NCBI GenBank assembly: GCA_021849295.1
Contig: JAJZTA010000007.1
Span: 64,007 to 128,006 of the forward strand
Direction of reading: 5' to 3'
DNA from: Pseudomonadota bacterium
Lineage (GTDB): Bacteria > Pseudomonadota > Alphaproteobacteria > Micavibrionales > UBA2020
DNA length: 64,000 nucleotides
Part shown: in pieces, positions 18,001 to 28,156 of the stretch
How the letters are laid out: every line of letters begins with the position of its first letter
Numbering within the stretch: position 1 is the stretch's first letter
The notes under the pieces: model-generated
Databases searched by the model: none
Seen by the model: the letters and a program-made list of their open reading frames with translations, nothing else
What the model was told of the DNA's origin: nothing
Position numbers and translations under genes: made by a program

Positions 18001-19803
18001 TTACGGCTTGGCTTTCAGCAGCTTGTCGCGCAGCGGCTGCTTGACGAGGCGGTAGAGCTTCGGCTTCAGCTTCATCTGCTCGTCGGCGGCGTACTGCAGC
18101 GCGTCGTTCCACGCGGCGTACTTCTTGACGAAGGCTTCGGCCTTCTTCGGGTCGCCGTCGAGCTGCAGCTGGATGACTTCCGTCAGCATCTCCCTTGCCG
18201 TGTCGGCCATTTTTCCCGGCACGATGGAGAGCTTGCCGCCTTTTTCAAACAGAATGGCGCCTTTTTCGCGGAAGTAGTTGAGCTGCATGATCGAGCGCGA
18301 GCGGTGCGCTTCTTCCGCCGAGGGCTGCTTGGTCGGCAGTTCGCGCGCGGCCCAGGTGAGGAATATCTTGTCGGCCTGTTCTTGCGTGAACTTGCCGATG
18401 TCGAGGAAATGCCCCGTCATCGCGATGGAGATCACGTCGGCCTTGTTTTCCTCCAGCATGCTGCCCCACTGGCCGAGCGCGGCGTTTTTGTCGCGTCCGT
18501 CGCTGGTGGAACGGGGCCCGAGGGAGTGGCCGAGCTCGTGCCCGACGGTGAAGAGGAAGTCGGCGTTGGTGTCGTAGAGTTTGTGTTGCGAAGGATCGAC
18601 CAGCGCGTCGAGGAACTTCTGCTGCTGGGCGGGATCGCCGCTCTGGCGCACCTGACGGTGGAAGACGAGGCGGCTGCCTTCCTTCATTTGCACGGAGAGC
18701 TTGTCGCTGTTGGGCAGGTTCTGCGCGATGGTGATGCCGCCGCGCACCGCCGCGTAATCGCCCGCGATGCAGACGAGATCGACGTCGGCGAAGGTCATCT
18801 TCGCTTGCCGGCCGCCGGTCTGGTCCTGATACTGGTCTTTGAGCGGCATGATGGCGTTGAGGCCGTCGAGATGCTTGCGGTAGTCGGCGATCTCGGCGTA
18901 GGACTCCTGATTGACGATGCCGACGCGGATGCCGATGCTGTCCTTGGATTTGGCCTTGATGCCGTTGGCGTCGAGCACCGCCTTGACCTTCGGGTCGGCG
19001 GAGACGGCGCTGCTCATGCGGTCGTCGTAGCATTCGCGGCCGATGGTGAATTCCAGCGGCGAATCCTCGAGATTGGCCCAGGTTTTGTCGGCATTGAAGG
19101 TCATTTCCGCGTCGCTGTCGTTGACCAGCGCCTGCGCCTGCCAGCGCAGATATTTGGCAAGGCCCGCGTGGTCGGTTTCCCTGGCGGCGGCGAGCAGTTC
19201 TTTCGCCGCGCCCTGCATTTCCTCGCGGAAGGCGACGGAGTAGGGCAGGGCGACGAGGTTCTTGCCCTCGCGTTTGACGATGGTGTTGTTGCTGAAGATC
19301 GCTGAGGCCTGCTCCGGATGCTTGACGATGTATTGCGCGAGTTCCTTTTTGGTCAGGTCCTGCGGATAGAAGCCTTTGCCGACGGAGAGCTTCTTGTCCT
19401 TGAAAATATCGAGCGGCTTGGTTTTGGGCGCGTAAAGGTCCTTGCCTTCGAGGCCGTTGTGCAGGGTGAACAGGGTCAGCGCCTCTTCGGCCACCTTGTC
19501 GCCTTTGGCGGCGGCCTTTTTGAGCAGCTTTTCGGCGCGGATGTTGTCCGGATGGTCTTGGCGGAGGAAGGCGCTGTCCAAAATCGCGGCGGCCTTGACG
19601 AGGTGGCTGAGCGCGCGCTGGTTGGCGGGGGTGAGCTTGCCGTAGGCGTCGTCGAGCGTGCCGAAGTCCATCACCCGCATCTTGTTGGTGACGATGTCGT
19701 CGAGCTTTTTGGGGGAAATGCCGAGCGTAAATTCGCCCTTTTTGCCGAGGCCGCGCTTCGCGAAACTGGAATTGGCGACGGGGGAAAGCTTCTTCTGTGC
19801 CAT
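18001..19803 (-). CDS. M49 (dipeptidyl-peptidase III)-like zinc metallopeptidase
   Basis: 600 aa. 'FTVGHELGHSLG' (HExxH) followed about 40 aa later by 'LEENKAD', which matches the second M49 zinc motif EExxAE/D. Confidence 0.65.
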   Translation of the reverse strand: MAQKKLSPVANSSFAKRGLGKKGEFTLGISPKKLDDIVTNKMRVMDFGTLDDAYGKLTPANQRALSHLVKAAAILDSAFLRQDHPDNIRAEKLLKKAAAKGDKVAEEALTLFTLHNGLEGKDLYAPKTKPLDIFKDKKLSVGKGFYPQDLTKKELAQYIVKHPEQASAIFSNNTIVKREGKNLVALPYSVAFREEMQGAAKELLAAARETDHAGLAKYLRWQAQALVNDSDAEMTFNADKTWANLEDSPLEFTIGRECYDDRMSSAVSADPKVKAVLDANGIKAKSKDSIGIRVGIVNQESYAEIADYRKHLDGLNAIMPLKDQYQDQTGGRQAKMTFADVDLVCIAGDYAAVRGGITIAQNLPNSDKLSVQMKEGSRLVFHRQVRQSGDPAQQQKFLDALVDPSQHKLYDTNADFLFTVGHELGHSLGPRSTSDGRDKNAALGQWGSMLEENKADVISIAMTGHFLDIGKFTQEQADKIFLTWAARELPTKQPSAEEAHRSRSIMQLNYFREKGAILFEKGGKLSIVPGKMADTAREMLTEVIQLQLDGDPKKAEAFVKKYAAWNDALQYAADEQMKLKPKLYRLVKQPLRDKLLKAKP

Positions 19804-19966
19804 GCGGCGTACTCCTTTTTTAGGGCCGGTGCGGGACTATATATACATAAATATTATCTAATAATATGTCAATAGGTAATTTTATTGCTTTCCACACGTT
19901 TTTTAACTATTTGATTCGTATATGGAATTAAAAAACCTTTGACAAGGCTTGAAAAAAGGCGCATTG

Positions 19967-19991
19967 TGCAGTGCAACAATGATGCAGTGCA
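19967..19991 (+). promoter_or_regulatory. two direct TGCAGTGCA boxes upstream of the phasin gene (candidate PhaR-type operator)
   Basis: TGCAGTGCA at 19967-19975 and 19983-19991, 16-bp period, flanked by CATTG/CAATG pentamers. A TTGACA hexamer lies at 19938-19943. Confidence 0.35.
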
Positions 19992-20026
19992 GCATTGATT
20001 CTTTAAAACCTATTAGGAGACTGAAA

Positions 20027-20404
20027 ATGCAAAAAGACATCCTCGACAACTTCCAGAAAATGACCGCGCTTTCCCTTGAAAACTTCAAGAAGCTCGGCGA
20101 AACCAACCTGCAAATCGGCGAAAAGCTGCTGCAGGAGCAAATCGAACTGACCAACGCCCTGCTCGAAGCCGCTTCGGAAAAAGCCGAAGACGTGACCGAA
20201 GCGAAAGACCTCAAGGACGTCGCTGCGTGGCAGGCTGAACTCGCTCAAGAGTACACCAAGAAAATCGTCGAAAGCGGCCGCGCCTGCGCGGACATCGTCG
20301 CCGAAGCCGGCAAGGTTTACACCAGCCTCTTCGAAAACGCTCTGAAGTCCGCTAACGGCGCCGCGAACAAATCGGCCGCTGCCAAGGCGCGTAAAACCGC
20401 CTAA
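20027..20404 (+). CDS. phaP: phasin-family PHA granule-associated protein
   Basis: 125 aa from the ATG at 20027, preceded by AGGAGA. 'LSLENFKKLGETNLQIGEKLLQEQIELTNALLEAA' is a typical phasin_2 helical sequence. Next to phaB. Confidence 0.85.
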   Translation: MQKDILDNFQKMTALSLENFKKLGETNLQIGEKLLQEQIELTNALLEAASEKAEDVTEAKDLKDVAAWQAELAQEYTKKIVESGRACADIVAEAGKVYTSLFENALKSANGAANKSAAAKARKTA

Positions 20405-20434
20405 TAGCACTTCGGCTATTTTGTAATAGGGCAT

Positions 20435-20487
20435 GTCACTCCGGGTATGGTAGATCTCGATCTTTCCGTATCCGGAGTGACTTTTTT
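20435..20487 (+). terminator. intrinsic terminator after the phasin gene
   Basis: Perfect 10-bp stem GTCACTCCGG / CCGGAGTGAC, partly paired interior, then T6. Confidence 0.75.
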
Positions 20488-20534
20488 CGAAGACGAAGAA
20501 TACAAAAGACTAAGGAAGATAAAGGAGCAACAAA

Positions 20535-21284
20535 ATGACAACAAAAACACTCGCTCTCGTGACAGGCGGCGTCGGCGGCATCGGGTCCGCCATCTGCGAG
20601 GAACTGGTGCAACGGGGCTATCAGGTCATCGCCAACTACCACCCCTCGGAAGAGGCTCACGCCAAGGACAAGCAGAAAGCATGGAAGGACGCCGGCCTCG
20701 ACATCGGCATCGTTTCGGGCGACGTGTCGTCGTTCGCCTCCTGCACCGACATGGCAAAAACCGTCAAGGACAAGTTCGGCACCGTGCAGGTGCTGGTCAA
20801 CTGCGCGGGCATCACGCGCGACAAGACCCTCAAGAAGATGGAAGAGGCGGACTGGGCGGCGGTGCTGCACGTCAACCTCGACAGCGTCTTCAACGTCACC
20901 AAGCAATTCATCGACGGCATGACGGAGGCGGGCTTCGGCCGCGTGGTCAACATCTCGTCGATCAACGGCAAGAAGGGCCAGTTCGGCCAGACCAACTATT
21001 CCGCCGCCAAGGCAGGCATGCACGGCTTCGCCATGGCGCTGGCGCAGGAAGTCGCGCGCAAGGGCGTGACGGTCAACTGCGTTTCGCCGGGCTACACCAA
21101 CACGGCGATGATGCAGGCCATCCCCGAGGACGTGCTGAAGCAGATCGTCGCGCAAGTGCCGATGCAGCGCCTCGCCGAGCCGAGCGAGATCGCCTACGTG
21201 GTCGGTTTCCTCGCCGACAAGCGCGCGGGCTACATCACCGGCGCGAACATCTCGACCAACGGCGGGCTGTTTATTTCGTTTTAA
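20535..21284 (+). CDS. phaB: acetoacetyl-CoA reductase (SDR)
   Basis: 249 aa with 'VTGGVGGIG', 'NYSAAKAG', 'GYITGANISTNGG'. PhaB-like throughout. Confidence 0.9.
   Translation: MTTKTLALVTGGVGGIGSAICEELVQRGYQVIANYHPSEEAHAKDKQKAWKDAGLDIGIVSGDVSSFASCTDMAKTVKDKFGTVQVLVNCAGITRDKTLKKMEEADWAAVLHVNLDSVFNVTKQFIDGMTEAGFGRVVNISSINGKKGQFGQTNYSAAKAGMHGFAMALAQEVARKGVTVNCVSPGYTNTAMMQAIPEDVLKQIVAQVPMQRLAEPSEIAYVVGFLADKRAGYITGANISTNGGLFISF
21228..21284 (+). repeat. direct repeat copy A (3' end of phaB)
   Basis: 50 of 57 nt identical to 21968-22024. Confidence 0.85.
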
Positions 21285-21438
21285 AACGGCTCTTCCTCTC
21301 CCTCCGGGGGATTGAGACGAGGGTACTATCTATCGCGAAGCTCCCCTCTCCTGAAGGGAGCGGAATAGTCTTGGAGTCCGTCCATAAAGGTCACGCAGGA
21401 GGCGGCGTCAGATTTTGAGCTTGCTTTCGACGGGCTTT

Positions 21439-21897
21439 TTAGATGTCGGCGGAGATGAAGCTTTTTTTTGCCAATTCCTGGGTTAGCAGCGAGGCTATCG
21501 GTTCAGTCGATTTCAGATCCTCTTTTTCGTGAAAGGCGCGCCGGTCCCCTCGCACATGAAATGAATGCTCTTTTCCATCGAGACGGATCACAACGAGAAC
21601 CGGATGTTCCCCTGTTCTGCTGACAAGGTTCCCGGCGTTGGCCAATATTCCTTTTGCATGTTCAAACCGAATCGGAAAGTCATGGGTAATCCCGTCCCGC
21701 TCGAGAGATAAAAACTGTATTTGTTTCATCTTGTCTAAATTATCCAGTAAATCCCGGTTGGTCTCGGCTATTTCAGAGCTTGCCCGATTGCCGCGGCGAT
21801 CCTCTGCCTTGATTTTATACTGAGGAAGGAACTCGCTATCCGGCCGTTCGCTCGATGCTCCAAGATTGATTGAAAGGCTTATCAACGCACTCCGCAC
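21439..21897 (-). CDS. hypothetical protein in lower-GC insert
   Basis: 152-aa ORF with GTG start in a region of visibly lower GC than the flanks. No motif recognised. Confidence 0.4.
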   Translation of the reverse strand: MRSALISLSINLGASSERPDSEFLPQYKIKAEDRRGNRASSEIAETNRDLLDNLDKMKQIQFLSLERDGITHDFPIRFEHAKGILANAGNLVSRTGEHPVLVVIRLDGKEHSFHVRGDRRAFHEKEDLKSTEPIASLLTQELAKKSFISADI

Positions 21898-21967
21898 ATT
21901 GGCTTCAAAGTCGTTGGCTCTGTCGCTCTTAACTGAGCCGGCAGTCGCCAGGCAACCATCGAAAGGA

Positions 21968-22024
21968 GGCTATATCACCGGAGCGAATATCTCGACCAAC
22001 GGCGGGATGCTTATTTCGTTCTGA
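21968..22024 (+). pseudogene. orphan 3' fragment of a phaB-like SDR gene (direct repeat copy B)
   Basis: Encodes 'GYITGANISTNGGMLISF*' against the phaB end 'GYITGANISTNGGLFISF*'. No upstream SDR sequence. Confidence 0.8.
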
Positions 22025-22080
22025 TTTTTTCGTTTGTTATCAAATAGATAATAAATATCCTTGGCCGCCTCTTTCATATT

Positions 22081-22763
22081 ATGTATAATAATGCCATGGG
22101 AACAAGGCAGAAAAATATAGTGACCTCCTTCAACAAGCTCTCGGCGTTCGATTTTTACGATCTGGCGCATATGAAGCCGACCCAGATGCTTGTCGGCATG
22201 CGCGAAGTCGAGGAAAAGCAAAGCCGCCTGCGCAAGGCGATGAAGTCTCCCGACGATTTGAAGAAATACCTGAAGGCGCGCCCGATCCTCGTGGTGATGG
22301 GGCCGGACGACGAAGCCTATATCGTCGACCACCACCATCTGGCGCTGGCCCTGCAGCGCGAAGGCTTCACCGAGGCGCCCATCGAAGTGCTGGGCGATTA
22401 CTCGAAACTCGATCACGACGCGTTCCAGAAAAAGATGCTGGAGAAGCATTACTTCTATCCCTACGACGAGAAAGAAAACACGACCTGAAAGACCTGCCGC
22501 AAACGCTCGACGGCCTGCGCGACGACCCCTACCGCAGCCTCGCGTGGTTCGTGCGTCAGGAGGGCGGGTTCCAGAAGGTGAAGATCCCCTTTGTGGAATT
22601 CCGCTGGGCGAATTATTTCCGCAAGCGCATTCCTTCAGGGGAACTCAAACGTTCATTCGCGGACGCCTGCGTCAAAGCCTACGACATGGCGCAAGACAAG
22701 CGCGCCGCGCATCTGCCCGGCTATATCGGCGCGAAAGTGCCTGCGGGGGCGCCGGAGCTCTAA
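22081..22763 (+). pseudogene. ParB-like nuclease domain protein (PF08857-like), frameshifted
   Basis: ORF 22081-22488 ('MKPTQMLVGMREV', 'YIVDHHHLALAL') continues in another frame as 'KDLPQTLDGLRDDPYRSLAWFVRQEGGFQKVKIPFVEFRWANYF' (22488-22763). The shift lies in GAGAAAGAAAACA around 22470-22488. Confidence 0.7.
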
Positions 22764-22846
22764 TCCTTTAACATTGCGGTATTAAAACGAGTGGAGGCAA
22801 CATAATAGCTATGGTGCTTAAAAGATTTGCAACTATCAGGCGGCGA

Positions 22847-23328
22847 TTAAAATTTATATTGTTGTCGGGATTTTTGTTCAGCAAAACGGCTCTCTCTCTC
22901 TCTTGAATAAAACAAGCCGAAGATAAGGATCGGAAGCAAGAGTATATACGACTGCTTAAAGATTGAGGCCGTAAAAAACGCAATATACAGGATTACTGTT
23001 CCTAAAATCGGCCATATATTCGCACGCGCTATATCCTTATACAGCCATTGTTTGGTTATATGACGATAATACATCCCTTTCAGAACATATAGTGGCGAAT
23101 ACGCTATTAAAGCGAGTAAAGAACTTTCTATAAAATCCTCAGGAAAATTGCGTATGAACGCTGTTAAAAGGTCTTGTATTGAATTGACAGGATAAACACC
23201 GCCGCACACGCATGCATAAGCCGTGATTGGAAAAAATATAACCATTCCGATCAAAGCAGCAAAAAAGAACGTTCTCTGCTTGCCGCAATCTGTCGTTATC
23301 GGACAGCGGTATTGTGAACGATAAAACA

Positions 23329-23329
<1 letters not shown>
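22847..23329 (-). CDS. hypothetical small membrane protein (AT-rich)
   Basis: 160-aa ORF, about 4 hydrophobic helices, markedly AT-rich, GTG start abutting the hemB stop. Weak support. Confidence 0.35.
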
Positions 23330-24757
<1,428 letters not shown>

Positions 24758-24938
24758 GGCCCTTATTCCATAAATAAAAGTTTATTCAGTTTAACATAAC
24801 ATTACAATGTAATATGTCGAGTAAATTTTCAAGGTATTGATTTTAATAAATAATTTTTTAAAAAGCGGTGCGGGACACTATTGCAGCAAATGGGGACATG
24901 GGCTAAAGAGAGGCCTCAACAACAGCAGGAGAGCCCCC

Positions 24939-25241
24939 ATGAAAAAGCAAACTTTTAGAGGCGTCGTCAAGCGCATGCGCGTCGCCGTCGGTTCGAAGAG
25001 CGAGCACGAGGCCGTCGTGCTCGATCAGGGCTATGGCGGTTGTCTGGAACTGCGCCTCAAAAACGGCAATCCGTTTCACGAGCCGGCGCTCGACGCGCTG
25101 GTCGGCAAGACCGTTCAGCTGGAGGGCATCCCCCTCTCGGGCCTGCCGCATATCCTGATAGAAAAATTGACGGACATCAAAATCCTGCCGCCGCCGAAAA
25201 ATGGTGCGGCGCACAAGCCTGCCAGCCCGCCGCGCATGTAA
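24939..25241 (+). CDS. hypothetical protein
   Basis: 100 aa from the in-frame ATG at 24939, preceded by AGGAGAG. No family recognised. Confidence 0.5.
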   Translation: MKKQTFRGVVKRMRVAVGSKSEHEAVVLDQGYGGCLELRLKNGNPFHEPALDALVGKTVQLEGIPLSGLPHILIEKLTDIKILPPPKNGAAHKPASPPRM

Positions 25242-25459
25242 GGTATAAAAAGATATAAAACCGCCAAGCTATTTATAGCACTTGAATTTTATCCACAATA
25301 CCTATATGGTAAGGAGGTTCGAGATCTATCGGTTCTGACTTGTGTGCGGCTCTATACAAGGCTTTCTCCCAAGACAAACGGTTATTCGGATATTGGCTTA
25401 CACAATGGTTGTGTAGGCCTTTTGCACGAAGAGTGCGTTTTCTAAAGGAGGCCAAAAGT

Positions 25460-25663
25460 ATGGCACAAGGTACAGTTAAGTGGTTCAACGCTCAAAAAGG
25501 CTATGGTTTTATCCAGCCTGAAGCCGGTGGTCCGGATGTGTTCGTTCACATCTCCGCCGTCGAGCGCGCCGGTTTGCGCAGCCTGAACGAAGGTCAAAAA
25601 ATCAGCTACGACATCGTATCTGAAAAAGGCCGTAATTCAGCCGCCAACCTGCAAGCTGCTTAA
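25460..25663 (+). CDS. cspA: cold-shock protein (CspA family)
   Basis: 67 aa. '[17 protein letters not shown]' and 'VFVHISA' are the RNP1/RNP2 motifs. AGGAGG RBS and a long leader. Confidence 0.93.
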   Translation: MAQGTVKWFNAQKGYGFIQPEAGGPDVFVHISAVERAGLRSLNEGQKISYDIVSEKGRNSAANLQAA

Positions 25664-25685
25664 GCCTTTCAGGATACTGACAATC

Positions 25686-25717
25686 AAGCCCGATGCTGCA
25701 CAGCATCGGGCTTTTTT
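25686..25717 (+). terminator. intrinsic terminator after cspA
   Basis: 13-bp stem AAGCCCGATGCTG / CAGCATCGGGCTT followed by a T run. Confidence 0.8.
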
Positions 25718-25746
25718 GCGGCCGGATTTTTTGATAGGGTGGATTC

Positions 25747-26229
25747 ATGTCGTTTAAAGCCTTCATGGGCGCGCTGTGCGCCGCCGTTCTGTTCTCGCTG
25801 CCCGCGCCCGCGTCCGCCATGACCCTTGGCGCGAAGGCGCCGCCGCTGGTGGCGAAAAGCATGGGCGGCGCCGAGGTCGATATCAACAAGCTGAAAGGCA
25901 AGACGGTCGTCCTCTTCCTGTGGACGACCCAGTGCAAAAGCTGCGTGCAGGACCTCTATGACCTGCGCGACTTCTACAACAAATATCAGGACAAGGGCCT
26001 CGCGGTCATCGCGCTCTCCGCCGATCCGCCGCAGCTGAAGTATATGGTGGAGAACGTCGACGCGCTGGTGGATTATCCGGTCGTCATGGCCGCGGAGGCG
26101 CAGGAAAACGGCTACACCATGCCCGGCCGCTTCCCGCTCATGTACATCATCACCAAGGACGGCAAGCTGCATAGCTTCTACGCCACGATCCCGAAGGGCA
26201 AGGCGCTGTACAAAGCCGTGTTCCCTTGA
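25747..26229 (+). CDS. TlpA-like periplasmic thiol:disulfide oxidoreductase
   Basis: Signal peptide, 'VVLFLWTTQCKSCVQ' CxxC redoxin motif, 160 aa. Confidence 0.8.
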   Translation: MSFKAFMGALCAAVLFSLPAPASAMTLGAKAPPLVAKSMGGAEVDINKLKGKTVVLFLWTTQCKSCVQDLYDLRDFYNKYQDKGLAVIALSADPPQLKYMVENVDALVDYPVVMAAEAQENGYTMPGRFPLMYIITKDGKLHSFYATIPKGKALYKAVFP

Positions 26230-26232
26230 AAG

Positions 26233-27073
26233 ATGGCCCATTTCCCGTTCATCCCCTTTCTCATCGTCGCGATTCCGCTCTGCTGGGCGGCCATAAAAAT
26301 AACCCGCTCCATGGGCCGCGTCGACGCGCCCGTCAAAACGCGGGAGGTCGACGGGTTTGTTTACTATAAAGGCAATTTCCCGCTCGACGATCTGAAGGCG
26401 TCCAAAATCGTTCCGTATCTCGGCGCCATATCCGAAGGTTTTTTTTGAAGGCAGCTACAAGGGCGCGGAGCTCCGTTTCGGCGAAGTCATCTTCTTCGAA
26501 AAGGATCTGGGCAGCCCGTCACGGCTTCAGGCGGCGGCCAACATCGGCCGCGTTTTCTGGGACATGACGCAGTCCGAAAGGAAGCGGCAGAGATACAGGC
26601 TCGACGCCTTTGCCGTCCTCGTGAAGCTGCCCCGGACCAAATTTTACGGCCACACCCTGCTGGAAGAAAACAGGCTGCCCGCCATGAAACGGCTGCAGGA
26701 GCTGGCCCTCGGCCTCAAGCGCGCCAACCTCGAGGACCCGCAATTCGAAAAGGAATACGACGTTTACACGGACGATCAGGTCGAGGCGCGCTATCTGCTC
26801 GATCCCGCCATGATGGAGCGCATCAGGGCGCTGTCGCAGCTTTATCCCGCGGGGCCGCTGTCGATGTCCTACTATCAAAACCATGTTTTGATTCTGATTC
26901 CCGTCGGGTCGAAAAACGAGGATGCCGATCTGGCCAAATTCGCCGCCCGTGCCGGAGACTACGTGAGCAGTGAAGACCTGCGCCGGCAGTGCGATGAGGT
27001 CTTCAAGCTGGTCGATGGTCTGGAGCTGTACCAGCCGCCCGCGCAAGACGATAGGGCCGTTCAGGCGTCCTGA
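26233..27073 (+). pseudogene. DUF3137-like membrane protein, frameshifted at a T8 tract
   Basis: ORF 26233-26448 (TM N-terminus) stops just after T8 (26439-26446). The +1 frame continues as 'EGSYKGAELRFGEVIFFEKD...FEKEYDVYTDDQVEARYLLDPAMMERIRAL' to 27073. T7 would restore a single frame. Confidence 0.65.
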
Positions 27074-27134
27074 TATTAACCCTTAAGTTACCATTTGCCG
27101 CTATACTCGATTATGGTTTTAGGGGGGCAAACCC

Positions 27135-27347
27135 ATGATGGAAGATACGGGGTCGGGAGCGTCTGTGCAGGATCATATTCGCGAACTGGAAAAATACGCC
27201 ACGTGCGGCGACCGCGACAGCATGGCGGCGCCGATGGCCCTGCTGCGGCGCGAGTGGGACAGCCTCTCCGAAGACGAGCAAAAGGACGTCGTGAAACTGG
27301 AATCCATCTTTCTCTCCCTCTCGCACCTGAAGACGGGCTCAGCCTGA
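27135..27347 (+). CDS. small hypothetical protein
   Basis: 70-aa ORF with an AGGGGG RBS-like element upstream and GC3-rich codons. No family recognised. Confidence 0.35.
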   Translation: MMEDTGSGASVQDHIRELEKYATCGDRDSMAAPMALLRREWDSLSEDEQKDVVKLESIFLSLSHLKTGSA

Positions 27348-27446
27348 CGGCGCAAAATGTCGCAAAAGTAAAAACGTCGATCGCCATAAGGCTTCAGGGA
27401 CGGTAATGCGTTTCCAGCATGCTGAAGACCGGCTTCGGCGGTCGTT

Positions 27447-28121
27447 TCAATGGTTGCCGTGGCTCAGGGCTTTCAGCAGCTGGAGCAGGAGGTTGATGAT
27501 GTCGAGGTATATTTTGATGGCGATGTTCATCGCCGCGGGTCAGCCGTTCACGCCGGCGGCGCTCTTTTTCTCCAGCCCGTTGAAGTCCATCACCAGATAG
27601 AGCGTGAAGATGACGACGCCGCCAAAGGCGATGATCCTTTGCTTGGCGGAGGAGAGAGCCTTGAACAGCTGGATGAAGTTGAAAACGATCAGCGCGGAAA
27701 GGGCGATGAACAGCGGCACCGCCAGAAAGTTGAAATCGATCTTCGAATAAATCCCGATCAGCGCGGCGCCGAAGGTGATGCTGGCCGTCAGCGCCAGAGC
27801 CTTTCTGCCCACGCCGTGGTCGACGGCGAGAAAGACATATTCCAGCTCCTAGCCCGTGATGAAGGACCAGATGGAAAACAGCGTGAAGGACGTCGACAGC
27901 GGCTGATGGATGCCCCAGAACAGCAGAAGCAGAAAGACGAGAATATCCGAGATGATCAATCCGTAAAAAACGGGCATGCCGAGCAGCCACCTGTATTGCG
28001 GGTTGAGGTCGCGCAGCTCCCACAGCGCGCCCTGCGGATGCGTCGTCAGTTAGGTGATGGAAAGCTGCGCGCCGAGAATAAAAAACGTCCTGGAAAAGAG
28101 GGTGGGGAACATATGATCCAT
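27447..28121 (-). pseudogene. BAX inhibitor-1/YccA-family membrane protein with three in-frame stop codons
   Basis: One continuous frame (first codon bases all congruent mod 3) from ATG 28119-28121 to TGA 27447-27449. Internal TAA at 28050-28052, TAG at 27849-27851 and TGA at 27540-27542. The C-terminus 'NIAIKIYLDIINLLLQLLKAL' is the BI-1 family hallmark. Confidence 0.8.
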
Positions 28122-28156
28122 GCGGAGCCTTTCCGGCGTTTAAAAAGCGCGGGAAA

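Noticed and set aside
24837-24938. The upstream 34 codons of track ORF 24837-25241, and likewise the upstream extensions of the ORFs containing cspA (25340), secE (6626), the phasin gene (19949) and the adenosine kinase gene (60313).
   Set aside because: The internal ATGs are preceded by good RBS sequences and give N-termini typical of the families. The extensions are AT-rich or overlap upstream genes.
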